Positions 50,046 to 58,662 of a DNA stretch of 61,115 nucleotides are shown piece by piece (position 1 is the stretch's first letter; each line of letters opens with the position of its first letter). A program made the position numbers and the translations under genes. Origin of the DNA: a virus (lineage: Duplodnaviria; Caudoviricetes); the IMG/VR virus record IMGVR_UViG_3300017967_000022, positions 1 to 61,115 of that record; one strand, given 5' to 3'. Under the pieces are notes generated by a model. It was given only the letters and a program-made list of their open reading frames with translations, was not told the origin of the DNA and searched no databases.

Positions 50046-50947
50046 AGTTAACATATCAAAATCCTGAAAAAGAAAACTGGTTCCTTGTTAGTTGGACACT
50101 TTCTAACAAGTGCAACTATCGTTGTTCTTATTGTCCTGACCATTTGCATAATGGTAGTACAGGACAACCTCAATGGGAAACTGTAAAACGTTTTGTTGAA
50201 AATTTTAATGTACCAGGAAAAGATATTTGTTATAGACTAAGTGGTGGCGAGCCTACACATTGGAAACATTTTCTTGACTTGGCTAAACTTGTTAAAGATA
50301 GAGGACACACATTTAGTTTTTTAACTAACGGTAGCAAGAGTGCAGAATATTACAAAACAATATCTCAATACACAGATGGCTATATAATTTCATACCACCC
50401 TGAATATGCAGAACTAGATCATATTAAAGAAGTAATACAAGAAAGTTATTGTCCTGTATTTGTTAATCTAATGTTATCGCCAGAAAACTTTAATGAAATG
50501 TTTAACATTGCAGAAGAATTATATTCAAGCAGTGATAACGTTAGTATATGGCCTAAAATTATTTTAGATAAGTCTAACATAGATGCAATTACAAATAAAC
50601 CAGCAAACTATACACAAGATCAATTAGACACAATTAAAAATTGGCCTTTCTTTACAAACCTTCCTGACACACATTTACACAGAGGAGAATTGCTGTTAGA
50701 TGAAGTACCTGTAACTGCTAATGATCTAATTGCTAAAAATCAAAATACATTCTATGGTTGGAAATGTTGGGCCGGACTACATATGATTAATGTTGATATG
50801 TGGGGTAACATATATAGAGCAGATTGTAAAGAAGGCGGCGCATTAGGAAACATTGAGCGTTATAAGTTACCAACTGAAACAGTACAATGCGGAAAAGGTG
50901 TATGTGCTTGTTTAAGCGATATCTATTTAAGAAAAGAGAGTGTCTAG
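50042..50947 (+). CDS. Radical SAM protein (group B)
   Basis: CNYRCSYC; SGGEPT; N.F.GW.C.AG; C...C.C. Confidence 0.9.
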   Translation: MKLTYQNPEKENWFLVSWTLSNKCNYRCSYCPDHLHNGSTGQPQWETVKRFVENFNVPGKDICYRLSGGEPTHWKHFLDLAKLVKDRGHTFSFLTNGSKSAEYYKTISQYTDGYIISYHPEYAELDHIKEVIQESYCPVFVNLMLSPENFNEMFNIAEELYSSSDNVSIWPKIILDKSNIDAITNKPANYTQDQLDTIKNWPFFTNLPDTHLHRGELLLDEVPVTANDLIAKNQNTFYGWKCWAGLHMINVDMWGNIYRADCKEGGALGNIERYKLPTETVQCGKGVCACLSDIYLRKESV

Positions 50948-52012
50948 TTCAGGACAAACATCTAGTACGTTTGTACCTCTTAACTTATCAAGTTCTAGAG
51001 TAAACTCAATAAACTTATCTAAGTTCTCGGGATCATATCCTTCTGTATAACCTGTGCCTTCTAGAATAAATGTTGGAAGTATTCTTGGATTTAGATATGC
51101 AGGTGTTGTAACTACATTGTTAAGATATAATTCATAATTGTCTTTGCGTACACTTTCAAACCAACTGCGAATTTCGTTTAAGTGACAAACATTATAAGTC
51201 ATTACAGTTCCAGCAAAAATAACACGATCCATTTTATCAAAGTGTTTTAGATTTTCTTCAAACTGTTCAAATGTAAAGTTAGCACCACCACGAATATATT
51301 CGTATAGTTTTCCCACTCCTTCAATACTAATATGCCATTTAGTTTCTTTAAACTGTTGTGCTAGTTCGTCAAACTCTAAATCAATAACAGTGCCATTTGT
51401 ACTAATATCAAGTGTAATATTTTTAGCAAGATCTAAATCAATTAGTTTCTGCATAATTTGTTTATTAGCAGGTTCCATATAAGGTTCGCCACCTTTAATA
51501 TTAACATACTGCAAGTTTTTAAAATATTCGGGGTATTCAAACAATCTATCTACAATGTCAGGTGATAGATTTCTATATCCAAAGTCGGGTTCGTGTATAG
51601 GACGAGGAATGCCAAGTTCTTGTAATTTTAAATCTTCTTTAATCCAAGCAGTTGAGTTTACACCACTACACATACGACATTTTAAATTACAAACATTGCT
51701 CATATTAAATTCTAAAAAGTAAATGTCGTCTTTGCCTTTGCTTTCTGGTTTAAGCATAGGGTTAAGAACTTGTTCAAAAAATTTACGTCTACTGTGTCCA
51801 TTGACACATTCTTTTGCTGTACATTGTATACAATTACTAGGGTAATCGCCTGAGGCAATAATTCTTTTAGTTGTGTTTAATCCAGGGTGGCGTAGAATAG
51901 TTGGTAAGTCGTCTTTGAGCAAGTTGCCGTGTCTTCCTTCATAAACACAGTCAGGAACAACATCACCGTTGAAACGTATACTTAAGGCGTGCCAAGGAGC
52001 GTAACAGTTCAT
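50927..52012 (-). CDS. Radical SAM protein with N-terminal Cys cluster (group A)
   Basis: Start moved to ATG 52012 (ATGA coupling); CYAPW...PDC...CIQC; CNLKCRMC; KGGEP. Confidence 0.9.
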   Translation of the reverse strand: MNCYAPWHALSIRFNGDVVPDCVYEGRHGNLLKDDLPTILRHPGLNTTKRIIASGDYPSNCIQCTAKECVNGHSRRKFFEQVLNPMLKPESKGKDDIYFLEFNMSNVCNLKCRMCSGVNSTAWIKEDLKLQELGIPRPIHEPDFGYRNLSPDIVDRLFEYPEYFKNLQYVNIKGGEPYMEPANKQIMQKLIDLDLAKNITLDISTNGTVIDLEFDELAQQFKETKWHISIEGVGKLYEYIRGGANFTFEQFEENLKHFDKMDRVIFAGTVMTYNVCHLNEIRSWFESVRKDNYELYLNNVVTTPAYLNPRILPTFILEGTGYTEGYDPENLDKFIEFTLELDKLRGTNVLDVCPELDTLFS

Positions 52013-53145
52013 AGTACAGCCACCGTTTCTATGTCCAACCAATCGTTAACAGTAACTAGTGTTGAACTATCATCGTGTGTATTATAAACGATTGTGTGTA
52101 TTTTGTCTTTGTAAATTACAGGACGCCCAAACATTAAATTATCTGGATATGTTTTTGAAATCCATATTCCGTTAGGGTCTACTTTATATAAAGAACATCC
52201 AGGAGTTCCTGCTGGTAAGAAATAAGCATAGCCTTTAAAAGCAATACCGCTACGATATCTAAACTTACCACCGTAAGTTTCTTTTATACTAAATTGAAAA
52301 CTTTCTTTAGTAACAGTATTAAACACTACACCTTTATTACTTTCTCCATGTTCTGTTCCGTATGGTAATCCAATAATAACATCGTCAACTAGTACTTGTG
52401 CATTATATTTTTTAGCAAAGTCGTCAACATTTAATTTATGTAGTTGGCATCCTTTTGTTTTTGTATCAAACTCAATTACTTCGTTTAGTCCTGGAGTTTC
52501 TCCGAACGGTAAACTAAAAAGTTTATCACCTACAACAACAGCATCAGTGTATTTGCGTGATACTTCTGGTAGGTCTAGTTTGTGCTTAATTACTTTCTTG
52601 CCATCAAACTCTAGTATGTTTGAATAGTGAACACTTTCGCCTCTTGGCATACTGTAATAACTTCCGTTACAATACACAGTACCCATATGTGCTTTCTTTT
52701 CGTTTGTATCTACTTCAACGGTTTTAACTTTATTGTCTTTGATATAAATTAAGAATTGTGTATCTTCGTAGCCTAGAGGAAAACTACAAGCAGTGTTACC
52801 GTGACTAGCAACACTATAGAATTGTCCCTTACCTGTTTTATCTAGTGTATGGTATATTGGCTTTTTATCTTTTAGTTGTACAACAACATTTAGGTCATCG
52901 TAAATGCCATATGGAATAAGCCATACGCTGTCGTCAGTAACTCCTACAGCATTAAATTTACTAGTTGCAGGTGGCACGTTATCTAAAGGAATAAGACTGG
53001 TGTAGTCTTTGTAGAACGCACACATATCATATTCTTCGTTGTTTCTAGTACCAAAAGGCGGACTAATTAATTCGTCCTTGTTTACTTCTAGTACAAGGTG
53101 TCTAATACGTGCTTCGTTATAAAATTCTTCAAATGCTTTATACAT
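52009..53145 (-). CDS. Beta-propeller repeat protein
   Basis: Repeats spaced about 45-50 aa, each centred on P(Y/L/R/F/A)G after a hydrophobic strand. Confidence 0.6.
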   Translation of the reverse strand: MYKAFEEFYNEARIRHLVLEVNKDELISPPFGTRNNEEYDMCAFYKDYTSLIPLDNVPPATSKFNAVGVTDDSVWLIPYGIYDDLNVVVQLKDKKPIYHTLDKTGKGQFYSVASHGNTACSFPLGYEDTQFLIYIKDNKVKTVEVDTNEKKAHMGTVYCNGSYYSMPRGESVHYSNILEFDGKKVIKHKLDLPEVSRKYTDAVVVGDKLFSLPFGETPGLNEVIEFDTKTKGCQLHKLNVDDFAKKYNAQVLVDDVIIGLPYGTEHGESNKGVVFNTVTKESFQFSIKETYGGKFRYRSGIAFKGYAYFLPAGTPGCSLYKVDPNGIWISKTYPDNLMFGRPVIYKDKIHTIVYNTHDDSSTLVTVNDWLDIETVAVL

Positions 53146-54379
53146 TGTTTAAATCTATCGTGTTTAATACAGTACCGGATATTGTATCAAATACTAGTAC
53201 TGTTTGAAATGTTTCGCTTTCACCATATGGAAATGCAAACATTGTGTCTTGTATCATTACACAATCATTATACTTTTCTATAGTTGTGCTGTCTTTAAAA
53301 TAGTCACTGATGTCTATAGTGTACGTGCTATCGTCACTGGTATTGACAACTAATACTTCTGCTAGATCACCTTGACTTTTCCAAGTATCTTCGGGCTCAC
53401 AAACACATCCACCTCTTGGAATATAATAGATTTTTCCTTGACTATTTTCTAAGCCAGTAAAATATTTCTTGCTTTCTTTTCCTATATCTAAATTTTTAAT
53501 ATACCACTCATCTGTAACACTGTTAATAACCAGCATCTCACTCCAATCTTCATCGTGGCCTGCTGGAGGAAAATAAACTTTTCCGTTTCTTGCAACAGTA
53601 TGTGAGTAGTATTTTCTACTAGTTTGTTGTTGTTTTGTTTTTACACCTTGCCAACCTTTTCCGTCAAACTTTGCTAGGATGTCAAACACAGGACTTTCGC
53701 TATATGGTGGTGCATATAATTTGTTCCCCACTTTTGCTAGTGTGGTAAACTTTTTATTACAGGTTCGATCTTCATCGTAGTCTACCCACCAAGAACTCAT
53801 ATCAATTAATTTATAACTGCTGTCAAAACAATCATATTCTATTCTATAAGGAAAGAATGTGTCGTGATTTTCACCTCGGGGCATTCCGTAAATAATACCA
53901 TCTACCATTTGTGTAGTGTGCCACATTTTAGTATCAGTAACAGGAATATCTAAACCCATTAATTTAAAATTATGTGACTTCATATTAAAGTCTAGTACAT
54001 AGGTAAACGGTTCGTGTTCTCCGTAAGGAATAGCAATAATTCTATCACCGTAAACGTGTCCTTGTACATACTTGCCTCGTCCTTTTATTCTTAAATCAAC
54101 ATAATCAACACTGTCGTCTTTGGTATCTACAATTAGGATACGACTTTCGTTATAGGGCAAGAAATAGATCTTGTCACGATGTACAATACCTTTCTGCCAT
54201 TTTTCTGTGGAATCATCTACATCTAGTTTAATTTTTTCTATACGATATGTGCGTGGATCCATCTTGAGCATATAGTCAAGAGATTCTGTAAGGCCGTAAG
54301 GAGGAACGTATATCATTCCGTTGCTACCTACTGTAGCATAACTAAATGCTTGTGGTGTCAATCTTTTCTCCAAAGGCAC
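53138..54379 (-). CDS. Beta-propeller repeat protein (paralog)
   Basis: Repeats IYVPPYG, IYFLPYN, IIAIPYG, IYGMPRG, LYAPPYS, VYFPPAG, IYYIPRG, MFAFPYG. Confidence 0.65.
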   Translation of the reverse strand: MPLEKRLTPQAFSYATVGSNGMIYVPPYGLTESLDYMLKMDPRTYRIEKIKLDVDDSTEKWQKGIVHRDKIYFLPYNESRILIVDTKDDSVDYVDLRIKGRGKYVQGHVYGDRIIAIPYGEHEPFTYVLDFNMKSHNFKLMGLDIPVTDTKMWHTTQMVDGIIYGMPRGENHDTFFPYRIEYDCFDSSYKLIDMSSWWVDYDEDRTCNKKFTTLAKVGNKLYAPPYSESPVFDILAKFDGKGWQGVKTKQQQTSRKYYSHTVARNGKVYFPPAGHDEDWSEMLVINSVTDEWYIKNLDIGKESKKYFTGLENSQGKIYYIPRGGCVCEPEDTWKSQGDLAEVLVVNTSDDSTYTIDISDYFKDSTTIEKYNDCVMIQDTMFAFPYGESETFQTVLVFDTISGTVLNTIDLNNV

Positions 54380-54797
54380 TTTTTAAATCTTTATCTAGTT
54401 TTTCTAAAACTTCTTCAGGATTATATATGCCAACGTTATCCCAATCACACATAGATATTTTATCACCGTCGATAATAATATTACTTAGCACCCAATCTCC
54501 GTGTGCATATGGACTAGTTTCGTTTATGTTGCTAACACAGAAGTTATAAATCTTATCTACAAATTCTGGAGTATGTTCAAACTCACTTGCAGGTTTACCT
54601 GGAATAATATTAAAGCAAATATACATATTTCCATCTTCAATGCCATGTGATTGTACGTATCCAGGTACTAATTCATCTAGAACATCAACGTGCCATTCTA
54701 ACCACTCTTCGTCAAGGTAGTGCCAAACTTTTTTATAGCAATTATCAAGTTTGTAAACCCTACGTGCTTTTTCTTTATTAACTTTAATTAATTCCAT
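54342..54797 (-). CDS. Minimal APH/protein-kinase-like phosphotransferase
   Basis: HGDWVLSNII....CDWD catalytic and Mg-binding motifs in only 151 aa. Confidence 0.7.
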   Translation of the reverse strand: MELIKVNKEKARRVYKLDNCYKKVWHYLDEEWLEWHVDVLDELVPGYVQSHGIEDGNMYICFNIIPGKPASEFEHTPEFVDKIYNFCVSNINETSPYAHGDWVLSNIIIDGDKISMCDWDNVGIYNPEEVLEKLDKDLKSAFGEKIDTTSI

Positions 54798-55818
54798 ATG
54801 CCTGTGCTACTTCTGGTAAGTAGTCCTTAATATTTACACGTCTAAATTTATCTAATTTTGTAATTTCTTCAACAAAAATTCTTTGTTGATTTGTATCAGC
54901 AGTTTCACTAAACCAGTTTGTGTTAATTTTAAATTGTTCTTTTAAACTATCTGGAGCATTTTTAACGTGTAACCAATCAGGTTGAGAAAGATAATTTTCC
55001 CAAACCTGTAAGTTATGCTTATCACTCCATTCTAATAATTCATTATGGTAGGCGCTGTTTAATATACTTAAACAAGGAGCAATATCTGTCTTATACATAT
55101 CTTTATAACGCAATGTATTTTCTTCTACAGTTTTCCAATCCGCACCGTATCTAATGTATTCAATTCTTTTTCCTACAGCATCCATACTTACACTCATTAT
55201 AACACGGTTAAAGCGTTTGAGCAAGTCTTGTACACGAGGATTGAATAAACTTCCGTTTGTATTAAAACGAATAGTAACACTTGAGTCTAGCCTTTCTAAA
55301 AACTGAGGCAAGTGTTTAACCATCATAGGCTCGCCGCCTGTAAGATAAACTTCTTTTAGTGGCAAGTTTTCAAAGTAGTGTAAAAATTTTTCATCATACC
55401 AGTTGTAATTTTTTACATCTAGTACAGTATGATATGGATTTAAATTTTGTTTAGCCATCTCTGCGGCTTCTTCTGCGATGCTACTACTTGCACCACTATG
55501 ACAACTTATACATTTAAAGTTACAACTATTTCCAAACCGTAAATCTAAGTGTGTTATATCAGGACCGTAAAAATCTTTTTGTTGTCGTCTACTAGGTATT
55601 CCTGCTTCTTCGTGTCGCTTACAAGTAATACAAGCATCAGGCCATTCGTCCTTTGCTAGAAGTTCTTTAGCATTTACAACAGGTTGACTGTTAAGCCACT
55701 CTTGTGGAGTATGAGTGTGTACAGTTTCTACATTGTTGGGTTCGTTGCTAGTACAACATAATCGATATTGACCGTTAGCCGCAATGTATACATGACTTTC
55801 TAAAAGTTTACATCTCAT
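54784..55818 (-). CDS. Radical SAM protein with N-terminal Cys cluster (group A)
   Basis: MRC...LCC...CITC; CNFKCISC; TGGEP. Confidence 0.9.
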   Translation of the reverse strand: MRCKLLESHVYIAANGQYRLCCTSNEPNNVETVHTHTPQEWLNSQPVVNAKELLAKDEWPDACITCKRHEEAGIPSRRQQKDFYGPDITHLDLRFGNSCNFKCISCHSGASSSIAEEAAEMAKQNLNPYHTVLDVKNYNWYDEKFLHYFENLPLKEVYLTGGEPMMVKHLPQFLERLDSSVTIRFNTNGSLFNPRVQDLLKRFNRVIMSVSMDAVGKRIEYIRYGADWKTVEENTLRYKDMYKTDIAPCLSILNSAYHNELLEWSDKHNLQVWENYLSQPDWLHVKNAPDSLKEQFKINTNWFSETADTNQQRIFVEEITKLDKFRRVNIKDYLPEVAQAYGIN

Positions 55819-56681
55819 AGCATACGAGCCTTGTGCATTAATTCATTTGCGTTGTTAGTGATTTCTGTTAGTTCAACACTTACGATATTTTTATATTTGC
55901 TTAACATTCTTGTCCAGATATCTCTATCTAAGTTATACACGTTATTCCATTCTAAAGGCATAACTAATTTTCCTACAACGATGTAACCTAATGCCATATC
56001 TAATGTAATTGGCTTGTTTACATTTTTCTTATACCAATCAACAAAGTGTTTTGTAACTGTGAATGGAGTTTCGTATGCAGAACGATATAACATATATCCC
56101 TCGCAGTTGATATGCTGTTGGGTAACTATCTCGTTAATTCTATCACTTTCACCTCTACCACAAATCTCTAACCAATGTTTGCCTAGAGTGTTATAACCCA
56201 TGCACAAGTCACCAAAACTTCTATCCATTCTAAAATATAATAAATCCTCATTCTCAATTGGTAATGTAGTAGCACCGTCAAATCTAAAAAAACTATTAAT
56301 GCGAGGAGAGTCTTGATTACTTAAAAACTGTTCGTATGTATGAATAAGTCGATTTAACTTATCATAATCCTCGTTTGAGGACTTTGTATTTTCTACAAGT
56401 TTGTGTAAATCATTTAACGAAGTGTTTGGATCGATATTTAAACTAGTTGTAAGATTTACAATTTCTTGCTTTAATTCTTCTTCATCTTTTGTATCTAGTA
56501 CAAAACTTGTTTCTTGCACTAGTGGTTTATTAATATTTTCTTGTAGCAAATACAAGAATTTCTGTGCTGGGTGGTGATCATATAATATGTAAGTTAACGG
56601 AAGCAAATCTTCGCCGTTAGAATATGTTACTGTAATACCAGGCTTATTCCAATATACTTTTTCAGGCAATAAATATTCCAT
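55815..56681 (-). CDS. Hypothetical protein
   Basis: 288-aa ORF coupled (ATGA) to the downstream rSAM gene; FGDL.MGY.TLGKHW motif, function unknown. Confidence 0.6.
   Translation of the reverse strand: MEYLLPEKVYWNKPGITVTYSNGEDLLPLTYILYDHHPAQKFLYLLQENINKPLVQETSFVLDTKDEEELKQEIVNLTTSLNIDPNTSLNDLHKLVENTKSSNEDYDKLNRLIHTYEQFLSNQDSPRINSFFRFDGATTLPIENEDLLYFRMDRSFGDLCMGYNTLGKHWLEICGRGESDRINEIVTQQHINCEGYMLYRSAYETPFTVTKHFVDWYKKNVNKPITLDMALGYIVVGKLVMPLEWNNVYNLDRDIWTRMLSKYKNIVSVELTEITNNANELMHKARML
56669..56675 (+). promoter_or_regulatory. Late promoter inside the divergent gene, 6 nt before ATG 56682
   Basis: ATAAATA-TTCCAT-ATG. Confidence 0.55.
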
Positions 56682-57653
56682 ATGCAGTTAACTTCACTTA
56701 CAAACCATCATCCAAAAAATAGGATTGATATTAATTATCAAATGGGTAACACTTGTAATTATGCCTGTTGGTACTGTTTCCCTGGCAGTCATGAAGGCAC
56801 ATATCGCTGGCCTGATCTAGAGTTAGCAACTAAAAATTTAGAACATATTATTAACTGCTATAAAAAAATTGGTAAAACAGAATTTCAAATAGACCTAATT
56901 GGTGGAGAACCTACACTATGGCCAGAGTTAATTAAATTTACACAACATTTTCGTAACCTCGGCTGTACGTTTCATTTAAGTACAAACGGTAGCAGAACTT
57001 TATCATGGTGGGAGAAAAATGGCGGTGAGTTTGACACTGTTTACATTAGTTGTCATCACGAACGTATTGATGTAGAACACGTTAGTAAATTAGCAGATAT
57101 GTTATGGAGTAAACATAACAATGTTATTTGTGATGTGCTTATGGATACAAAGGATTGGGACACTTGTGTAACTATTGTAGATAGATTGTTAGAAAGTGAA
57201 ACAAGTTTTCCTGTAAATGTTAAACCTATTAAATTAGGAAATACAACACAAGACACAACATATGAACAGTCGCAGTATCTACTAAACCAACGTAAAAGAA
57301 ATCCTAAGCAAGACGAAATTTTTAAACCTAAGAAATCTAAACCTCCAGTGTTATTAACATATGAAGATGGTAGTACACAAGAAGTATCAAAAAACTATGT
57401 TCTAATAAACAATTTAAATAACTTTAAAGGTTGGAGATGTAACTTAGGTGTTGATACAGTGTTTATAAACTTTGACGGAAGTATAGGAAGTGTGTGCGGG
57501 AATAATATTTTAGGGTTTAAATCTGGAGAATATAATTTATACGATCCGCAACTAGCAGAAAAATTTAAACCTGTTATAAAACCTGTTACGTGCGAAAAAG
57601 AAAAATGTATGTGTCAAGTAGGTTTCTTACTTCCTAAACACCGCAAGTCTTAG
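56682..57653 (+). CDS. Radical SAM protein (group B)
   Basis: CNYACWYC; GGEPT; NNFKGWRCNLG; C....C.C. Confidence 0.9.
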   Translation: MQLTSLTNHHPKNRIDINYQMGNTCNYACWYCFPGSHEGTYRWPDLELATKNLEHIINCYKKIGKTEFQIDLIGGEPTLWPELIKFTQHFRNLGCTFHLSTNGSRTLSWWEKNGGEFDTVYISCHHERIDVEHVSKLADMLWSKHNNVICDVLMDTKDWDTCVTIVDRLLESETSFPVNVKPIKLGNTTQDTTYEQSQYLLNQRKRNPKQDEIFKPKKSKPPVLLTYEDGSTQEVSKNYVLINNLNNFKGWRCNLGVDTVFINFDGSIGSVCGNNILGFKSGEYNLYDPQLAEKFKPVIKPVTCEKEKCMCQVGFLLPKHRKS

Positions 57654-58629
57654 AACAAATATCATATCTATTATCGTTGTTCCAACTTTCAGGCAAATAC
57701 TTACTAAACCATTCGCTGTTTAGTATTTCTTCTAAACTGTAATCTTTTACATTTAACCATTCAATACTTGCTACGTCTACAGCATAAGGACTGTCCGGAT
57801 TACGTGGATATCTATCACTTAAAAAATAACAGCATGGAAATACTTCGCCCATATGACTAATTTGTATTTTACGTTTTGCCTTCCATTTGCATTGAACAGT
57901 TGTTTTAGAAAAGTCTGTAATGTTTTTAATGCGTTCTACATTGTCAAGATGTTTTGAATCATATTTTATTTCACGTGCAGATTCTTTTTTGTTTGCTTTA
58001 AAACTTTCTATTGCTTTATTAGTTAAACTGTTAATAGCACTAAATGTATGTCCGCCATTAATTTCAAAACATTTAAAACCCATGTCAATGCTTAGTTGTT
58101 CACACTGTTCAATTTGGTGTGCGTTGTGTTCAAACACCAACATACGCCAACGAGCCATACCACCTGCTTCAATAAATGTACGAGCATTAGACATTACTTT
58201 ATCCCATAACACTCCTCTGCGATATAAATGGTTAGTGTCTTCTAATCCGTCGATACTAAATGTAACATGACTACCAAAAGGAAAAGATTGTAATACAGTT
58301 GCTAGTTCTGCCCACTGTGTTCCTAATCCTCCGTTTGTGTGTATAACAACCACGGGTGGATTTTTGTAACTTGCTAGATGCTCTAGTGCTGGAATTAAAT
58401 TTGGATTAAAGATTGGATCACCATAACTACCGTTAAAGATAACTTCTTTGATATTTAGATCCGGCGTAAAGATACTATACCAAGTGTCTAGTGTCATATG
58501 CTCTAAAGGCATACGAGGATTTACTGTAACTCCGTCTAGATTTCTACTGCAATTTCCGCACATTGAATTGCAATGACTTGTGAAATCAATTACAATCGTA
58601 TCTAATTCGTCTGGGTGCAAGTAAGGCAT
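57634..58629 (-). CDS. Radical SAM protein with C-terminal SPASM/twitch-like domain (group C)
   Basis: CNSMCGNC; GSYGDP; C-terminal PCC...C...C. Confidence 0.9.
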   Translation of the reverse strand: MPYLHPDELDTIVIDFTSHCNSMCGNCSRNLDGVTVNPRMPLEHMTLDTWYSIFTPDLNIKEVIFNGSYGDPIFNPNLIPALEHLASYKNPPVVVIHTNGGLGTQWAELATVLQSFPFGSHVTFSIDGLEDTNHLYRRGVLWDKVMSNARTFIEAGGMARWRMLVFEHNAHQIEQCEQLSIDMGFKCFEINGGHTFSAINSLTNKAIESFKANKKESAREIKYDSKHLDNVERIKNITDFSKTTVQCKWKAKRKIQISHMGEVFPCCYFLSDRYPRNPDSPYAVDVASIEWLNVKDYSLEEILNSEWFSKYLPESWNNDNRYDICSKTCGV

Positions 58630-58634
58630 AAGTA

Positions 58635-58642
58635 TATTTATA
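58635..58642 (-). promoter_or_regulatory. Late promoter TATAAATA, 5 nt before ATG 58629
   Basis: Exact T4 late consensus on the minus strand in a divergent gap. Confidence 0.7.
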
Positions 58643-58662
58643 GAATAAGTGCGTACTTAATT

